Positions 59,416-64,000 of a stretch of DNA of 64,000 nt are shown here, one piece after another. Every line of letters starts with the position of its first letter. Position 1 is the first letter of the stretch. Source of the DNA: an uncultured Gemmatimonadota bacterium (GTDB lineage: Bacteria > GCA-2686955); the NCBI GenBank assembly GCA_964490075.1, contig CAZBBK010000003.1, positions 62,001 through 126,000 of the forward strand. Direction: 5' to 3'. The notes beneath the pieces are model-generated. The model had not been told where the DNA came from, made no database searches, and was given only the letters and a program-made list of their open reading frames with translations. The position numbers were made by a program, and so were the translations under genes.

Positions 59416-60228
59416 ATGATCCCCACCCTGGCGGTGCTCCGCCTGCCCGGCGTCAACTGCGAGATCGAGACCGCCCGCGCCTGCGCCGCGGCCGGCCTGC
59501 AGCCGACCATCGTGCACTGGAGCGCTCCGCGCGACGAGCTCAGCCGCTTCGACAGCTACCTGCTGCCTGGAGGCTTCTCGTTCCAGGACCGGGTGCGCGC
59601 CGGCGTGATCGCCGCCAACGAGCCGGTGCTGGAGGTGGTGGCGGCGCAGGCCGAGATCGGCAAGCCGGTGCTCGGGATCTGCAACGGCGCGCAGGTGCTG
59701 GTGGAATGCGGCCTGGTGCCCGGCCTGAAGCCCGGCGCGGTCGAGGTGGCGCTGGCGCCCAACGCCGAGCCGGGCTACGAGTGCCGTTGGATCTACGTGA
59801 GCGCGAGCCCGGCGAGCGCTTCGCCGCTGGTGCGTGCGCTGGCTCGCGAAGGGCCGATTCCGCTGCCGGTGGCCCATGCCGAAGGCCGTTTCACCTCGCG
59901 CGACGGCGCCCTGATGGAGGCCCTCTTGCACGCCGGACAGCTCGCCTTCCGCTACGTATCCCACGAGGGCGAGGCGCCGGGCGATCACAATCCGAACGGG
60001 GCGGAGCTCGACACCGCCGGCATGACCAACGACCGCGGCAATGTGCTGGCGCTGATGCCGCATCCGGAGCGCGCGACCTGGCTGAGGCAGGTTCCCGCTG
60101 CTCTGCCCGGTCCCTGGGGGCGCGCGCGACGCCAGGCCCGCGGGAGACCCGATCGCCTCGACTCGCCGGGCCCCGGAATGGCGATCTTCCGCGCCTTGGC
60201 GCGGGCCGCCGGGAGCGCGCGCTCATGA
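59416..60228 (+). CDS. purQ: FGAM synthase glutaminase subunit
   Basis: PGVNCE, PGGFSFQD, GICNG, AHAEG, MPHPER. Confidence 0.96.
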   Translation: MIPTLAVLRLPGVNCEIETARACAAAGLQPTIVHWSAPRDELSRFDSYLLPGGFSFQDRVRAGVIAANEPVLEVVAAQAEIGKPVLGICNGAQVLVECGLVPGLKPGAVEVALAPNAEPGYECRWIYVSASPASASPLVRALAREGPIPLPVAHAEGRFTSRDGALMEALLHAGQLAFRYVSHEGEAPGDHNPNGAELDTAGMTNDRGNVLALMPHPERATWLRQVPAALPGPWGRARRQARGRPDRLDSPGPGMAIFRALARAAGSARS

Positions 60229-60785
60229 CGCGCATCCACCTCCTGGCGCGCTCGAAGATCCCCGACCTGGTGGCGGCCACGGCATTGCGCACCCTGCGCG
60301 CTCCGCTCGAATTGCCGATCGAAGCGGCCCAGCGCGAGATCCTCTGGATTCTCGACCACGAGGGAGGGAGCGAAGGATCCGCCGCTCTGGTCGAGCGGCT
60401 GCTGCAGGCCACCACCTTGCTGGTCAACAGCGCCAGCCAGACGCTGCGCTGGGGGGGCGAGCCGCCGCCCGCGCTCCCGGGACCACCGGGCTGTCGGCCG
60501 CTGCGCGTCGAGATCGCCGAGCGCGGTGCCGGGCGGCGCACCTTGGAGCGGCTGCGGGCCGCCTACGGCTTTCCCGAGATCCGTCACCTCGGCCGCTCTC
60601 TGCTCTGGACCTTGCACGTTCCCGAGACGACCTCCGACACCGATTGCGACGCGCTCCTGGAACGGGCCGTGCTGACCACACGACGCTCACGGGGTCTCTT
60701 GGCCAATCCCCACTACCAGGATCACCGGATCCTGGATCATCGAACGCGGGCGCGGGGAGAGCCGGGGGGGGCGATGCGGCCATGA
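60225..60785 (+). CDS. tandem PurS-like protein
   Basis: 186 aa coupled between purQ and purF; two similar halves ending LLVNSASQ and LLANPHYQ (PurS has LLANP). Confidence 0.7.
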   Translation: MTRIHLLARSKIPDLVAATALRTLRAPLELPIEAAQREILWILDHEGGSEGSAALVERLLQATTLLVNSASQTLRWGGEPPPALPGPPGCRPLRVEIAERGAGRRTLERLRAAYGFPEIRHLGRSLLWTLHVPETTSDTDCDALLERAVLTTRRSRGLLANPHYQDHRILDHRTRARGEPGGAMRP

Positions 60786-62188
60786 TCGAGTCGCAGCTCT
60801 GGAGCCACGAGTGCGGGGTGTTCGGCGTGGTCGGACATCCCCGCGCCGCCGAGCTCGCCTACCTCGGCCTCTACGCGCTGCAGCACCGCGGCCAGGAGGC
60901 GGCCGGCATCGCCGCCTTCGACGGACGGCGTTACCGCGAGCACAAACGTCTAGGGCTGGTGAACGACGTCTTCGATCCGGCGACTCTGGCGGGCCTGGAA
61001 GGCAGCAGCGCGATCGGTCATGCCCGCTACTCCACGACCGGCTCCACCGCCCTGCCCAATGTGCAGCCCCTGGTCGCCAATCTGCAGCACCAGGCGGTCG
61101 CCCTGGCCCACAACGGCAACATCGTCGACGCCCGCATCATCCGCTCCGGGCTCGAAGACGGCGGCGCGATCTTCCAGACTTCGATGGACTCGGAGGTGGT
61201 GCTGCACCTGATGGCCCGTTCGCGACACCGCGAAACCGAGCGCCAACTGGCCGACGCCCTGGACCGCATCCACGGCGCTCATTCGCTGGTGCTGCTGAGC
61301 GGCGAGACCCTGCTCGCGGCCAAGGATCCGCGTGGCATTCGCCCCCTGTGCATCGGCGAGCTCGCGGGAGGGGCGCGCATCGTCGCCAGCGAAAGCTGCG
61401 CGCTCGACATCGTCGACGCCTCTTTCATGCGCGAGCTCGAACCGGGCGAGATCGTCCGCCTCCAACCGGGGCGCCCGCCGGTGACGGTGCGCCGCTCGCC
61501 GGAGGGCGAGCAGGCCGCCTGCATCTTCGAGGCGATCTATTTCACGCGTCCCGACTCGGTCCTCTTCGGGCGCACCACCGGTGCCGCCCGGGTCGATCTG
61601 GGCCGCCAGCTGGCGCGCGAGGCGCCCGCGCCCGGAGCAGAGGTCGTGATCAGCGTTCCCGACTCCTCCAACGCCGCCGCCCAGGGCTACGCCGAGGAGT
61701 CGGGCATCCCCTTGGGGCATGGCTTGATCCGCAACCACTATGTCGGCCGCACCTTTATCAAGCCGGCACAGAAGATCCGCGATCTCTCGGCGCGCATCAA
61801 GTACAACCCGGTGCGCGACGTGGTGCGGGGCCGCAGCGTGGTGGTGGTCGACGACTCGATCGTGCGCGGCACCACGGTGCGCAAGCTGGTGGCGATGCTG
61901 CGCTCCGCCGGGGCCCGCGAGGTTCACTTTCGAGTCTCCTCCTCGCCGATCGTGGGCCCCTGCTACTACGGCATCGACACGCCGGACGAGAACGAGCTGA
62001 TCGGTGCCCTCCATGGAATCGCCGAGATCGAGCGCATGGTGGGTGCCGACACTTTGCGCTACCTGTCGATCGAGGGCATGAAGAGGGCGATCGCAGCCGC
62101 GGGGGGGCTGTGCACCGCCTGCTTCGACCGCCACTACCCCGTGCCGATCGTGGAGCCGCTCGAGAAGGGGATTCTCGAGCGCAGCTGA
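60782..62188 (+). CDS. purF: amidophosphoribosyltransferase ([4Fe-4S], propeptide type)
   Basis: ECGVFG, QHRGQE, VVDDSIVRGTT, CIFE / PCYYG / CTAC. Confidence 0.98.
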   Translation: MIESQLWSHECGVFGVVGHPRAAELAYLGLYALQHRGQEAAGIAAFDGRRYREHKRLGLVNDVFDPATLAGLEGSSAIGHARYSTTGSTALPNVQPLVANLQHQAVALAHNGNIVDARIIRSGLEDGGAIFQTSMDSEVVLHLMARSRHRETERQLADALDRIHGAHSLVLLSGETLLAAKDPRGIRPLCIGELAGGARIVASESCALDIVDASFMRELEPGEIVRLQPGRPPVTVRRSPEGEQAACIFEAIYFTRPDSVLFGRTTGAARVDLGRQLAREAPAPGAEVVISVPDSSNAAAQGYAEESGIPLGHGLIRNHYVGRTFIKPAQKIRDLSARIKYNPVRDVVRGRSVVVVDDSIVRGTTVRKLVAMLRSAGAREVHFRVSSSPIVGPCYYGIDTPDENELIGALHGIAEIERMVGADTLRYLSIEGMKRAIAAAGGLCTACFDRHYPVPIVEPLEKGILERS

Positions 62189-62220
62189 GGTGAGAACCTG
62201 CCTGCAGGAGCCAGCATTTC

Positions 62221-62430
62221 GTGAAGACCAGTCATTCCACCGTCGATCTACTTCCGATCGCCATCGAGCGATCCCTTTGCGATCTGTGCGGCGCCTGTGC
62301 CGGCATGTGCGCGCCGGATTCGATCCACATCGACCATGCGACCATCCAGGTCGACGCCGAAAGCTGCACTCTTTGCATGAAATGTGTTCCAACCTGCCCG
62401 GTCGGCGCGATCTCGGGAGGAAGGCCGTGA
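62221..62430 (+). CDS. 2x[4Fe-4S] ferredoxin
   Basis: CDLCGACAGMC and CTLCMKCVPTCP; GTGA overlap with the next gene. Confidence 0.85.
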   Translation: MKTSHSTVDLLPIAIERSLCDLCGACAGMCAPDSIHIDHATIQVDAESCTLCMKCVPTCPVGAISGGRP

Positions 62431-63614
62431 TCGGCAACAGCCATTTCGACCTGGTGGTGGTCGGCGCCGGTCCCGCGGGCGCCACCGCCGCCCGTCACGC
62501 CGCGCTGGACGGTGCCGAAGTGTTGCTGATCGATCGCAAGCGCGACCCCGGAACGCCCGTGCGCTGCGGAGAGGGGGTCAGTGCAGCGGGTCTGGCCCAG
62601 TACGTCGACGTGCAACCATCCTGGATCTCCGCCGAGATCAAGGGCGCGCGCCTGGTCAGCCCCAATGGCAGCGCGGTCGAGGTGGCGACGCTCGGCGCCG
62701 GTTACGTGCTGGAGCGCAAGATCTTCGACCGGGCGCTGATCGAGCTGGCGGCCGGGGCCGGCGCCCAGGTGGCGGCCGAGACCAACGCGCTAGGGCTGGA
62801 GCGAGACGCGCGGGGGAGGATTCGCGGAGTGCGGGTGGAGCAAGGGGGCGCGCGGCGGGTGGTGCCCTGCCGAGTGGTGATCGGCGCCGACGGGGTCGAC
62901 TCACGGGTCGGCCGCTGGGCCGGAATTCGTACCGACATCCGCCTGGCCGATATGGAGTCCTGCGCCCAGTACCTGGTCGCCGACTGCCACACCGAGCGCG
63001 GCTACTGCGAGTTCTATCTCGGCCGCGAGCTGAGTCCCGGCGGCTACACCTGGATCTTCCCCAAGGGGAATGGACTGGCGAACGTCGGGATGGGGGTCTC
63101 GGCGCGCTACGTCGGGCGCAGCGGCACGGTGCGCTCCTTGCTGGACCGCTTCCTGGAGCGCAGAGGGCTCAGCGCCAAGAAGCTGGGATTCACCGTCGGC
63201 GGCGTGCCGGTGGCCCACACTCTGGAGCAGATCGTCGCCGATGGCATGATGTTGGCCGGCGACGCCGCCCGCCAGGTCAACCCGATGACCGGTGGCGGGA
63301 TTCTGACCGGAATGCTCGGCGGCCGACTGGCCGGCCAGACCGCGGCCGAGGCGGTGCGCGCGGGAGACTTCTCGGACGCCTTCCTGGAGCGCTACCAGAG
63401 CCTCTGGCACGAGCAGGCGGGCAAGACCAACCGGCGTTGGTACCGCATCAAGGAGGCGGTGGGGCGGCTGCCCGATGCCACCCTCGACGACACCGCGCGT
63501 GTGTTCGAAGGCACCGATCCCGGCGAGCTGACCCTGTTCAAGATCTTCGCGCGGATCTTCCGCCGCCATCCCAAGTTGATCTGGGACATCCGGCACGTGT
63601 TCATGGGGGGGTAG
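62427..63614 (+). CDS. geranylgeranyl reductase family flavoprotein (DGGR-like)
   Basis: GAGPAG, PVRCGEG, GADG, GGYTWIFPK, GDAARQVNPMTGGGI; GGAGG RBS. Confidence 0.92.
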   Translation: MIGNSHFDLVVVGAGPAGATAARHAALDGAEVLLIDRKRDPGTPVRCGEGVSAAGLAQYVDVQPSWISAEIKGARLVSPNGSAVEVATLGAGYVLERKIFDRALIELAAGAGAQVAAETNALGLERDARGRIRGVRVEQGGARRVVPCRVVIGADGVDSRVGRWAGIRTDIRLADMESCAQYLVADCHTERGYCEFYLGRELSPGGYTWIFPKGNGLANVGMGVSARYVGRSGTVRSLLDRFLERRGLSAKKLGFTVGGVPVAHTLEQIVADGMMLAGDAARQVNPMTGGGILTGMLGGRLAGQTAAEAVRAGDFSDAFLERYQSLWHEQAGKTNRRWYRIKEAVGRLPDATLDDTARVFEGTDPGELTLFKIFARIFRRHPKLIWDIRHVFMGG

Positions 63615-63660
63615 TCCTGCGGCCGCTCGACGTGCGTTACCATCTTCCTGGAGTCCGACC

Positions 63661-64000
63661 GTGTCCGACCGATTCCATCCCATCCCGATGAGCGAGCTCT
63701 GCCGCTGGATTTTCACCGAGCTCGAGACCCACGACTCGATCTTCGGCATCCCGCGCACTCTCTTTTTTCGTCCCCAGTGGGGCGATGCCTTCGCGACCGA
63801 GGTGTATGGACAGCGCCTGGAGACACCCTTCGGTGTTGCCGCCGGTCCCCACTCCCAGCTCGCGCAGAACATTGTCGTTGCCTGGCTCTGTGGGGCGCGC
63901 TTCATGGAGCTGAAGACGGTCCAGACTCTCGACCGGCTGGAGATATCCAAGCCCTGCATCGATATGCAGGATGTCGGCTACAATGTAGAGTGGTCGCAGG
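63661..64000 (+). CDS. ygfK: YgfK-like oxidoreductase (putative selenate reductase subunit), N-terminus, truncated
   Basis: SIFGIP, LETPFGVAAGPHSQLAQNI, ELKTVQ, KPCID..GYNVEWSQ; GGAG RBS. Confidence 0.85.
   Translation, partial: MSDRFHPIPMSELCRWIFTELETHDSIFGIPRTLFFRPQWGDAFATEVYGQRLETPFGVAAGPHSQLAQNIVVAWLCGARFMELKTVQTLDRLEISKPCIDMQDVGYNVEWSQ

Overview
High-GC bacterial chromosomal window made mostly of housekeeping genes. Core blocks: lepA-lepB-hemW; grpE-dnaJ-prmA-rsmE-hit-rpsU (no hrcA or dnaK here); mutS2-dnaG-rpoD-tRNA(CAT)-zinc ribbon-rnpB-rel-pgeF-OMP-dtd-maf; rplM-rpsI-rpsB-tsf-pyrH-frr; purD-purE; lnt-era; truA-transaldolase-HtrA-purB-purC-purL-mobB-purQ-(double PurS-like)-purF-ferredoxin-geranylgeranyl reductase-ygfK (partial). 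Lnt, beta-barrels and a porin indicate a diderm. A C-terminal SWGEIK tail on a secreted protein suggests a Latescibacterota/Krumholzibacteriota/Eisenbacteria-like lineage (inference only). Accessory content is a cell-surface glycosylation cluster (about 38.8-45.1 kb) and a block at about 45.2-51.3 kb. That block is the best candidate for an undescribed system: a Cys-rich Crp/Fnr regulator with a matching FNR-type box sits upstream of a tightly coupled operon of porin, ABC substrate-binding protein, small QueG/reductive-dehalogenase-like 2x[4Fe-4S] protein, permease and ATPase, which converges on a stand-alone PAS protein and a nitroreductase remnant. Other notable items are a 180-bp fold-back element with a TTG flanking duplication, a tandem PurS-like protein, mobB inside the pur operon, an archaeal-type GGR-ferredoxin pair and a 21-bp coding VNTR in rpsB. 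No CRISPR array, rRNA, transposase or integrase was seen. All calls come from reading motifs by eye; no database searches were run.
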